Assembly (NCBI GenBank): GCA_002269645.1
Contig: NIVC01004644.1
Location: 1-39,706, forward strand
Reading direction: 5' to 3'
Length of the DNA stretch: 39,706 nt
From: Macrostomum lignano
Taxonomy: Eukaryota
The stretch's first letter is position 1. Every line of letters begins with the position of its first letter. The notes under the pieces were generated by a model. It made no database searches. It saw nothing but the letters and a program-made list of their open reading frames with translations, and was not told the origin of the DNA. This document shows positions 10,748 to 20,800 of this stretch, one piece after another. Made by a program: the position numbers and the translations under genes.

Positions 10748-13700
10748 GGCCGGTGTTGAAGGCGCCTGGCTGGGCTGGAGCGAAGTCTGGGATTGGCAGA
10801 AGAGGCGCAGTTGGAGCGGGTGCGTTGAGAACCTCGCGGTAATGGGTGGCCAGCAGGGCCTTGCGGTGCTCGGTGGAATCAGCGCCGACGATGGTGTTGG
10901 GCCTGGGCTTCGTGCCAATCAGCTGGTTGATGGCCCTCCAGGCAGCACTATGGCGGCAGTTGTCAGTAGCGAGTTGGATTTCGCTCACAGCCTCTTCGAT
11001 GAAGGTTTCAGTCCGCTGGGCGTAGATGCGCTGCAGCTCGTCCCTGGCAGCACTGGCCTGGTCGCTGTCATGACCGTGGAGTGCAGCAGTGCTCTGCACA
11101 TGCCGCCTTGCCTGGGAGATGATGAGATCGCGGTCCCACAGGGCCTTTGGATGATTTGCCTGTCATCGCCAGCAGCGATGCAGCAGCCTCGACGGCGTGA
11201 TGGAAAGATTCGAAGGACTCGGCTGGAGCAGGAGTGGCGGCAAGCAGCTTGCGTAGGAAGACCTGCCGCATGTCCGGGTTTCTCAGGTCGGCCCAGAGCG
11301 GGTGAGGTGGCGCAGGCCCGAGCTTTTGTCAGTGCAGATCAAAGTCGCATGCCACCAGGCGGAGATCAGATTGGACGCAGTCCGGGCGGATGTTGAGGAC
11401 TCTGCGCACCCTGGACCTCAGAGCAGTTGGGCAGAGAATCCAGTCCAACCGAGTCGTTCGCCCGTTGGGGCCAGAGAAAGTTGAAAGCTTGCTGAAGCGC
11501 TGTCGCATGATGCCATTGACAGCCATCAGATCTCTGGCCTGGATAAAACTGGATAGAAAAGGTGAGTTGGCATTGGGGATGCCGCTGGCAATGGCGAGTT
11601 GAAGTCACCAGCAACAATGACAGAGTCACGAGCAGGGATGGAATCAAGCCTGCAGCCCAGAGTGTCGTGAAATGCTTCTGTCTCAGATGGATCTTCGCTG
11701 GTCGGGGGGGGGGGCGTTGGAGCATAGACGCAGATGATGTGAAGTCGCCTGTCTTTTCCGGCAAAGGAGGCGTGTTCCAGGCGCTCGGATGGAAACCTGA
11801 TGTCCAGCAGCGCTCTTGATGCGGCGGGCGACAGCAGGAAGCCGATACCTCCAGTTCCCTGTGGAGTGGCTGGGCCAGCCTTGAATTGCCAGCTTAAGTC
11901 CAGAGCCATAGTCTCGTCAGGGTTCTGCCGCCGATGTTCTTGAACTGCCAGGATGGAGATGTTGAGGTCGGCCGCCAGCCTTGTCAGCTCCTGCAGTCTC
12001 CATGTCTGACTGAGGGTGCGGGCATTGAAGGTGGCGACCCGAATCTGGTTTTGAAGATGCGGCTGACTTGTCTCCTTCTTGGCTCTGCTTGTGCGCGCGC
12101 GCATTGCGGGGGCCGAGTTGGGTGGAAGCGATGGCCCTTGAGGCTCCGGTTGGCAGGCCGTGAGTCCTGGTGGGTCCGACGAGCATTGGCGCGGAGCTCT
12201 TTGCGCCGCGCATTAAAGGGCTGCCGGCGGCGCTGAGAGGCTTCCTGACTCCGTCGTCCCCTGTAAGTCGCCAGCTTGGTTGCGCCGCGCTATCAGGACT
12301 GATGGCGGCTCCGTTGGCACCTGGCCGATGCTCTGGCCGGAGGTGGGCGACGTATTTAATTCCCACGCGATGCGTGAAAATTAAATAGCCAAGGTTGACC
12401 GAGCACTGAGGACCATGCGAGCTGATGCCGCCGCTGGGGTGGACGCTATCCCTCCCAGGGTCCTGAAGCTGCCCGAGCTCACCCCGATCATCACCTGCCT
12501 GCTGAACAAGCACTGCAGCCTTGGAGGCAACGAGACCGCCTCAGCTCCTCAGCAATGGCGCATCTCCAAGATTGTCTCCATCCCGAAGCAAGGTGCCTCC
12601 ACCCGCCTGCATGGACAACCAGCGGGGCATCGCGCTAGAATGCACAACGCCGAAGCTGCTGAACGCGATTCTGCGCAACCGCCTCCTGCCCGGCCTCAAA
12701 CCGCTGCTGCTGAGCCTCCAAAGCGGCTTCCGCCCGGGCAGGTCCACCACCGAGCAGGTTGTCACCATTCGCTCTGTCATCGAGGCCTGCAAGACCCGCC
12801 AGCGCTCCGTGTCAATCATCTTTGTCGACTTTCGCAAGGCCTTTGACTCGGTGTCCAGGCCTGCGATCTCTTGGCTATTAAGTGAGCCATGGTGAACCTG
12901 CTGCGCTGGTGAGCGCAGTGATGGACCTCTACCGCGACTCCAGGGCTGCGACGGCCCCACAAAAGAGTTCGGCACCAGCTCAGGCGTCCTTCAGGGCGAC
13001 ACGCTGGCTCCTCTGCTCTTCCTCGTGGTTGTGGACTACGTGCTTCATCGGTCCCTCTGCGAGGATGACAGCTACTTGGTGGTCTCACGCCGAAGCTCCA
13101 GACACCCTGCTGTTTCGCTCCCCGCTCTCGCGTATGCTGACGACATCGCGATGCTCTGCCGCGATCCAGCTGCTGCCCAGCGCGCTCTCACAAGGCTCTG
13201 CGACGAGGGCGCCCTTGTTGGGCTGCTGGTGAACGCTCGCAAGACGGAGGCGCTGCACGTGGGCACGAATACCGCCCAACTCTAACGCTGCCCAATGGAG
13301 ACCGCATCGCAGTGTGCGACGACTTCCGGTTCCTCGGCGCCCTGGTGATGAGCCCCGATGCGATTGTCTCCGACAGGAGGAACCAGGTTTGGCGCGCCGC
13401 GCACCTCCTCAGGAACGTTTTTAATTCAGCTGCCAGAGACGAACTGAAGGTGCGCCTGTTCCGCGCGGCCATCGAGCCGATCCTGATTTACGGCATGGAG
13501 GCTGTGCCGCTGACCGAAACGCAAGAGCGAGCCTTGGACGCGCTTTACCGATCGCTGCTGCGCTACGCACTGGGCGTGCACAACCCGGATCGCCTGTCGA
13601 CCAACGCTCTGATGGGCCGCGCTCGAACTCCGCCCCTGAGTGCTACCTTGCGCCGGCGCCGTCAGATGCTGCTGGGCCACTGCCTACTACGGACCCTGGG

Positions 13701-13910
13701 TCGCGGTGCGCCCGTCCCTCTGGCCCTGGCCATGCTGCACCGGCCGACCGAGCAATTGCGCCGCGGCCAGGCCCGCACTGCCACTCTGGCGGACTGCCTC
13801 ATCACTGACTTGCAGGCGCTTGAGCTCACCCCTCAGGCTGCTGCTGTCTGCCCCTCCCGCCTGTTCTGCGAGCTCGTGCGCGCAAGGGGCCTCCCCTCTG
13901 CATCCTTATA
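10748..13910 (+). mobile_element. Near-full-length RTE-like LINE with inverted 5' half: 5'UTR-APE endonuclease-linker on minus strand (10748-~12386), RT to 3' end on plus strand (~12387-13910); 9-bp TSD
   Basis: Minus strand: IRVATFNARTL, AVQEH, VYAPT, GDFN, LDWIL, SD.RLV (APE), then ..FNTGP. Plus strand: AKVDRALRTMRADAAAGVDAIP, SGFRPGRST, VDFRKAFDSV, GVLQGDTLAP, YADD, ending at TAA 13909-13911. TSD AATTGCATG at 10739-10747 and 13911-13919. Several frameshifts and deletions. Confidence 0.9.
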
Positions 13911-14440
13911 AATTGCATGCAAAATGGGATACAAAATAGCTGACCGATAATATCGAATACGCAGTGCGTGTAGCTTCACCGATATATGTACACTTTGTCG
14001 CCGGATTGACTTCGCCGGATTGACTGTCGCCGCTTTGACCGGTTCTCATTTCTACTCTACAAATTTTAAATACGATTTTTCTAAGAACTATTTTCTAAGA
14101 ACAATTAAGAACGGCCTCATGCTTGATCATGATGCACCAATGCCCATGCGCCTGCGCGCTGCTTTATCATCACATCAGTGACAGAGTCTTCAATAATCTA
14201 AAAATTCTATCTAGCTAAATCTTGAAATTTATAGGTATCTGAGTGCTAATGATACCTATATTTAGTTTAAACCGCAGATATTTAGCGATAGCGATATTTA
14301 ATATATTTATATAGCATAGGCCCCCTAGCAATAACAATATTAGCGATATTTAGTTTAACCCTAGATATAGGCTGGTTTTTAATTATAAGCTCAATACTTC
14401 GTTATTTAATTCCAGTGGCAGTCGCAGATCCAGGATTCCG

Positions 14441-16694
14441 AGTTGGGGGAAGGGCCTTCTAGCCTTAGTATCTTAAGTAAGTTGAAAGTTGCCCCTCAAA
14501 AAATTCTAGATCTCCTTTGATCTTCTAGCTTCAGAATCTAGAATTCTAGATCTGTTGCATGTAGCTATTCACTTCTATGTTGAACATTTCTCTAGAGGCT
14601 ACTCACCTACATATCTAATTTGGCATGATAGATGAGCATATTGGTGACATTGATCAAGATTAAAAAGCCAAGTATTTTTATATATAGGCCTAAAATACAA
14701 GTTTAAGATATCCTATTTTTTTAAAAACCTAATTGGGATGCTTTCACATAGTTTATTAATTAAATTTGGCTAATCAAAGACTAAGATTCATATAATAATA
14801 AGGCCTATATATTTTTAAAAATGACTTAATATGTATTATTATAAAAGTAGGCTAACTTTCATTACATTTTAACATTACTCTTAGTTACCAAAAGTTCTTG
14901 ATAATGATAATATATGTAGTAGGGCTATTTTTCTATCCTTTTAAATGCCACCAAAGTTGTGCTGGGGTTTGCTTCCCTCTTAGCTATTCTACTAATGCTA
15001 CAAAAGTTGTGCTAGGGGCCTAGCAGTGTTCTTATATGATACAAAATCCTACAAGTTAGCTACCAAAGTTGTCGTAAGGGTTACTTCTGTCCCTAATATA
15101 ATCTTTACAAACTGCTACCAAGTTATAATAGGGGTTACTTCTATCCTCCTATTATTTCTAATTTTATATATCCCCAGTTCTCTCCTCTTGGAGGGTTTCT
15201 TTCAGCAGTCTAGCATTATTGGGATCAGAGGGTCACAGCTTTCTTGCTGGGTATTTGGCCCTGAGGCAGGTTTTTTAGACTGAGTCTTGATTCCTCTACT
15301 CTGTGGTAGTATTTTTACCTTTTAAAGGTGAACTTTCAGATTCTGAATCTAGATATCTCATTCTTCTGAAAATGGTTTGAACTCTCCCAATCTTGGGGTT
15401 ATTCCTAAGTCACTATCTACTACTTATAAATGAGTAACACTAGAACAACTCTTGAGCTTGACTGATTTCATTTCTATAGTTGAAGGAGTTCAAGCTTAGA
15501 GCAAGAAGATGGAATAGGGTGAACTAAAACTTTTATTTTTCTTGGCCTCTAGTGGGCTCCCTTTTATAGTAAAGTTTTTCAATACAGTTTATAACAAATG
15601 ATAATATTTAAAATATACAGAATCTATCACTTATAGAAAATATTTATAATATTTGTACAGTATAACAATAGTAGTATTTTTTAGTTACACATTTCCTAGA
15701 AACTAATAGCATAAAAATGAGGCTTATTATATATAATATATTTAAAGAAGCCAAAAAAAATAATTTATAGTTATAGTCTATTTTTGGTTCAGCCTAGCTA
15801 GCTAGGCCTAGTCTTTATTCCTTTTCCTTCATTTGATATTTATCTATGATATTTTTAGTCATTCAAAATTCACCTTTTTTGGTTGGACTTGAGATATGGT
15901 ACCTTTGAAGTTTGACTATATTTGATTTTTTGTTTAAAGCCATAGGCTTGTAATAGATTATCTTAGGTATTGGATATATAAAATTAGTTTATTATTATGG
16001 TTCTTATCTATTATTTTTTTTCTATAAATAGTTTAAATATGCCTAAGATATAAAATTGAAATGATCTTTAGAGCCTATCACTTTTATTATAGTTAATGAT
16101 TGGTATATGTTTATATTTGTTTATATAAAAGGGCCCATGAATATAAATAAATTTGCCTAATATATCCTAACCTAAATGGAATATATAGGCCTACTAATCC
16201 AAAAAGGTACTTTGTACTTTGAAATATAGTAGTTGGAACTAAAAAGTATTGCACTAATGGAACTTTTATTATTTTTTTGTTCCTGGATCTCTTCAAAAAA
16301 CTTCTAGATAATAGGTAAATTCTATTGTGATTTTTTACAAGTCTATAAGCAGATAGTAACTTATACTTCAACTCTCATGAGATAGAATAGGTTAAGCTTA
16401 TGGGTGGCTTTCTAATTATCAATGATATTTGTCATGAAACAAGTGCTAATGACTATTAGTGCTAATGAATTGACATATTATTAGTTGCACATTGCCAAAG
16501 TGTTTGCAGTCCATCCAAATGGCTAACATTCAAGCAAGTATAGCTGAATTGCAGGAGCATTGGCACTTGAAAAAGGAGTTGCTAGTGGAAGCAATTAATT
16601 AAAACTTGCTCATTTTGACCCATTATCTCTTCAAAAGTCCAGATTCCTTGCAACTTACTGATACTGAAGCTCACCTGAAGATCCAGTTTTTTAC
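14441..16694. other. AT-rich, CpG-ablated decayed sequence (probable old repeat)
   Basis: Manual scan found a single CG (15073) in ~2.25 kb, whereas other AT-rich parts of the window retain many CGs. Remnant repeated motif CCC/CCT-NNN-NAN-AAC-TTT-GGT on the minus strand at 14940-15140. Confidence 0.6.
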
Positions 16695-17305
16695 CGTCAG
16701 AGCAGCATCTGCACTCTGCAGCTCTTCGCAGATCTGCTACAGGTAGCCTGAGCACTGGGAAATGCACATGCATGTCGACGAATCCCAGTGATTCGCCAAG
16801 CTTCAATGCCTACTTGACAACTAGTATGGCCGGGTGGGACGCAGCTGTACGTCGAGCAAGCCACGTCACCACTTCACATCCTGCATCACAGTCTGATTCA
16901 TGCTTGTAGCTGGAACATCCAGTGGGACTGTGAACAATCAACTGCTGCAGCGTCTTTACCGGAATGATGACGCTGTTTGATATCACCTAGTTGGGAGCTA
17001 GGTGGAGCACCACTCTTATCGCCATTCGGAGGATCTCATGTACATCGCACCTCTGGTTGCTGTTATCATCTGCCTTGACGTTTCTGCCCCTTTGCGCCAC
17101 TGACCAAATCCAGGAAATTTCCCCACTTTCAATGCGTTAAACCTTAAGTTAGCTCATACATACACAAAGTGTAGGAGTTGTGGGCGTATATTTTTCAAAA
17201 GACAAAAAAGTTTTGTTTTGTTCTTTTTGAATTCTAAAAATATTAGAAATAAAAATGGAACTAAATATTGTAATCTAGCACAAGTCTCCGATAAAAAAAT
17301 AATTT

Positions 17306-17831
17306 ATGCTCACAATTGGCTTCTATTGTTTAGCATCTCTGCCACTGCCTGCACATTACCAGCCGTGTGTCAGGTCTCTACACAGGCAATTATTATCAAC
17401 CAGTGCCGCTGTCAAAGCTGCAATGCGAGTTCTAAATGTTGCTGAAAAGAACGATGCAGCCAAAAGCCTGGCCGCTATCATGTCCAACGGCAGATGCGCC
17501 GCCGAGATGGCCAGTCGAGGTATAACAAAATCTACGAATTCCAGTGCAACCTGCTTGGCCAGCAGTGCCAGATGACCATGACCTCGGTTAGTGGCCACTT
17601 AATGAACTATGACTTCACTCAGCAGCACAGAAAGTGGCTCAGCTGCCACCCGTCGGCCCTGTTTGATGCCCCCGTTGTTAAACAGATACAGCGGGACTAC
17701 CAGCCAATCAGGGACACCCTGACCCAGCTGGCCAAGTCCGCTCAGCGGCTGGTCATCTGGACAGATTGCGATCGAGAGGGCGAAAATATCGGCATGGAGA
17801 TTGTCAACGTCTGCATGGCCTCGAATCCCAG
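17306..17831 (+). CDS. TOP3A: TOP3A exon 1 (candidate presequence ATG 17306, second ATG 17423, TOPRIM domain)
   Basis: ORF 17306-17575 shifts into ORF 17494-17835 at SNGR/MRRRDG; donor AG|GTAATG at 17832. Confidence 0.9.
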
Positions 17832-20800
17832 GTAATGGTCGTTCAGGCAATTCTTTGGGATTCAGAATGGGGATATGGATTCTCGTGCAGGATTCAGAAT
17901 GGGGATATGGATTCTCGTGCAGGATTCAGAATGGGGATATGGATTCTCGTGCAGGATTCAGAATGGGGATATGGATTCTCGTGCAGGATTCAGAATGGGG
18001 ATATGGATTCTCGTGCAGGATTCAGAATGGGGATCAGGATTCTCGTGCAGGATTCAGAATGGGGATCAGGATTCTCGTGCAGGATTCAGAATGGGGATCA
18101 GGATTCTCGTGCAGGATTCAGAATGGGGATCAGGATTCTCGTGCAGGATTCAGAATGGGGATCAGGATTCTCGTGCAGGATTCAGAATGGGGATCAGGAT
18201 TCTCGTGCAGGATTCAGAATGGGGATATGGATTCTTGTGCAGGATTCAGAATGGGGATATGGATTCTTGTGCAGGATTCAGAATGGGGATATGGATTCTT
18301 GTGCAGGATTCAGAATGGGGATATGGATTCTTGTGCAGGATTCAGAATGGGGATATGGATTCTTGTGCAGGATTCAGAATGGGGATATGGATTCTTGTGC
18401 AGGATTCAGAATGGGGATATGGATTCTTGTGCAGGATTCAGAATGGGGATATGGATTCTTGTGCAGGATTCAGAATGGGGATATGGATTCTTGTGCAGGA
18501 TTCAGAATGGGGATATGGATTCTTGTGCAGGATTCAGAATGGGGATATGGATTCTTGTGCAGGATTCAGAATGGGGATATGGATTCTTGTGCAGGATTCA
18601 GAATGGGGATATGGATTCTTGTGCAGGATTCAGAATGGGGATATGGATTCTTGTGCAGGATTCAGAATGGGGATATGGATTCTTGTGCAGGATTCAGAAT
18701 GGGGATATGGATTCTTGTGCAGGATTCAGAATGGGGATATGGATTCTTGTGCAGGATTCAGAATGGGGATATGGATTCTTGTGCAGGATTCAGAATGCGG
18801 ATCTACAGTCTCCGAGCGCGACCGACCAGCTGCGAAGAAAAATGACGAGCTAAAATTCTCACCCAGATCGATCTATCTACCTAACTTCTTACCTGGATTC
18901 TTGTGTGGGATTCTGAATAGGGATCGGGATTCTCGCGGAGGATCAGAATGGGGATCGGGATTCTCGTGCGGGATTCAGAATGCGGATCGGGATTCTTGTG
19001 CAGGATTCAGAATGCGGATCGGGATTCTTGTGCGGGATTCAGAATAGGGATCTGGATTCTCGTGCGGGATTCAGAATGCGGATCTGGATTCTTGTGTCGG
19101 AGTCAGAATAGGGATCTGGATTCTCGTGCGGGATTCTGAATAGGGATCGGGATTCTCGCGGAGGATCAGAATGGGGATCGGGATTCTCGTGCGGGATTCA
19201 GAATGCGGATCGGGATTCTTGTGCAGGATTCAGAATGCGGATCGGGATTCTTGTGCGGGATTCAGAATAGGGATCTGGATTCTCGTGCGGGATTCAGAAT
19301 GCGGATCGGGATTCTTGTGCAGGATTCAGAATGCGGATCGGGATTCTTGTGCGGGATTCAGAATAGGGATCTGGATTCTCGTGCGGGATTCAGAATGCGG
19401 ATCTGGATTCTTGTGTCGGAGTCAGAATAGGGATCTGGATTCTCGTGCGGGATTCTGAATAGGGATCGGGATTCTCGCGGAGGATCAGAATGGGGATCGG
19501 GATTCTCGTGCGGGATTCAGAATGCGGATCGGGATTCTTGTGCAGGATTCAGAATGCGGATCGGGATTCTTGTGCGGGATTCAGAATAGGGATCTGGATT
19601 CTCGTGCGGGATTCAGAATGCGGATCTGGATTCTTGTGTCGGAGTCAGAATAGGGATCTGGATTCTCGTGCGGGATTCAGAATGCGGATCTGGATTCTCG
19701 TGCAGGATTCAAAATGGGACCAGGATTCTTGTGCAGGATTCGGAATATCCTAAATAGTTTGTGATGTGGTTATTTGGGGGGATATCTGAGTCTAGATCCT
19801 GCATCAGAATCCTACGGTTCAAACAAATGATTTGAAGATGCATGGTTTAAAATTTTTAAACATTTTGAACAGTATTCCACGCCTGTCTCCCACAGACTTG
19901 ACGTATACCGAGCCAAATTCTCAGAGATCACCCGGCCTGCAGTGCAGCGGGCCCTGGCCTCCCTGACCCGCATGGACGAGCGGGTCAGCGACGCGGTGGA
20001 CGCCAGACAGGAGCTGGACCTGCGCATCGGGGCCGCATTCACCCGGTTCCAGACGCTCCGGCTCAGGCAGGTGTTCCCGGCCGTTCTGGCCGACCAGCTG
20101 GTCTCCTACGGCAGCTGCCAGTTCCCCACTCTCGGCTTTGTTGTTGAACGATTTAAAGAGGCCGAACGGTTTCAACCGGAGCCGTTCTGGCGGCTGCGCG
20201 TGCTGGCCGAGTCGCCGGACACCGGACAGAGCGTCGAGTTTCTGTGGAAGCGCGGCCGAGTCTACGATCAGGTTTGTAGGGCCCCGACTTGCTGTTTGGT
20301 AGGACTTCAGGATTCTGTGCAATTCTATAGTGTTTCAATATAGTATTCTCAGTAGTTTCCATGATGAGATTCTTAATAGTTTTCATGAGATTCTCGGTAG
20401 TTTCCAGGATGAGATTCTTGGTAGTTTCTATGATAACCTCTGTAGTTTCCATGATGAGATTCTCAATAGTTTTCATGATAAGATTTTGGTAGTTTCCATG
20501 ATGAGATTTTGGTAGTTTCCTTGATGAGATTTTGGTAGTTTCCATGATGAGATTCTCGCTAGTTTCCATGATGAGATTCTCGCTAGTTTTCATGATGAGA
20601 TTTTTGGTAGTTTCCATGATGAGATTTTGGTAGTTTCCATGATGAGATTCTCGGTAGTTTCCATGATGAGATTCTCGCTAGTTTTCATGATGAGATTTTT
20701 GGTAGTTTCCATGATGAGATTTTGGTAGTTTCCATGATGAGATTCTCAGTAGTTTTCATGATAAGATTTTTGGTAGTTTCCATGATGAGATTTTGGTAGT

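Larger units (their letters stand above)
9887..14047. mobile_element. Putative non-autonomous DNA transposon with ~40-bp imperfect TIRs (~1 kb without the nested LINE)
   Basis: Left end ACCGGCCAAACCGGCGACAAGACGATCCGGCGACAG (9891-9926) matches the reverse complement of the right end, ACCGGTCAAAGCGGCGACAGTCAATCCGGCGAAG. No clean TSD (TATTCTAC versus ATTTCTAC), so the superfamily is unassigned. Confidence 0.5.

Noticed and set aside
12280-12310. Hammerhead ribozyme in the LINE leader (CUGAUAG)
   Set aside because: Does not match CUGANGA, and no correctly placed GAAA/UH was found by eye.
14412-14450. CAGTGGC..GATCCAGGATT possible transposon terminus
   Set aside because: No matching opposite end or TSD found.
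17766-19753. Long ORFs in all three + frames (350-390 aa)
   Set aside because: By-product of the stop-poor 32-bp minisatellite inside TOP3A intron 1; all frames give the same rotated peptide.
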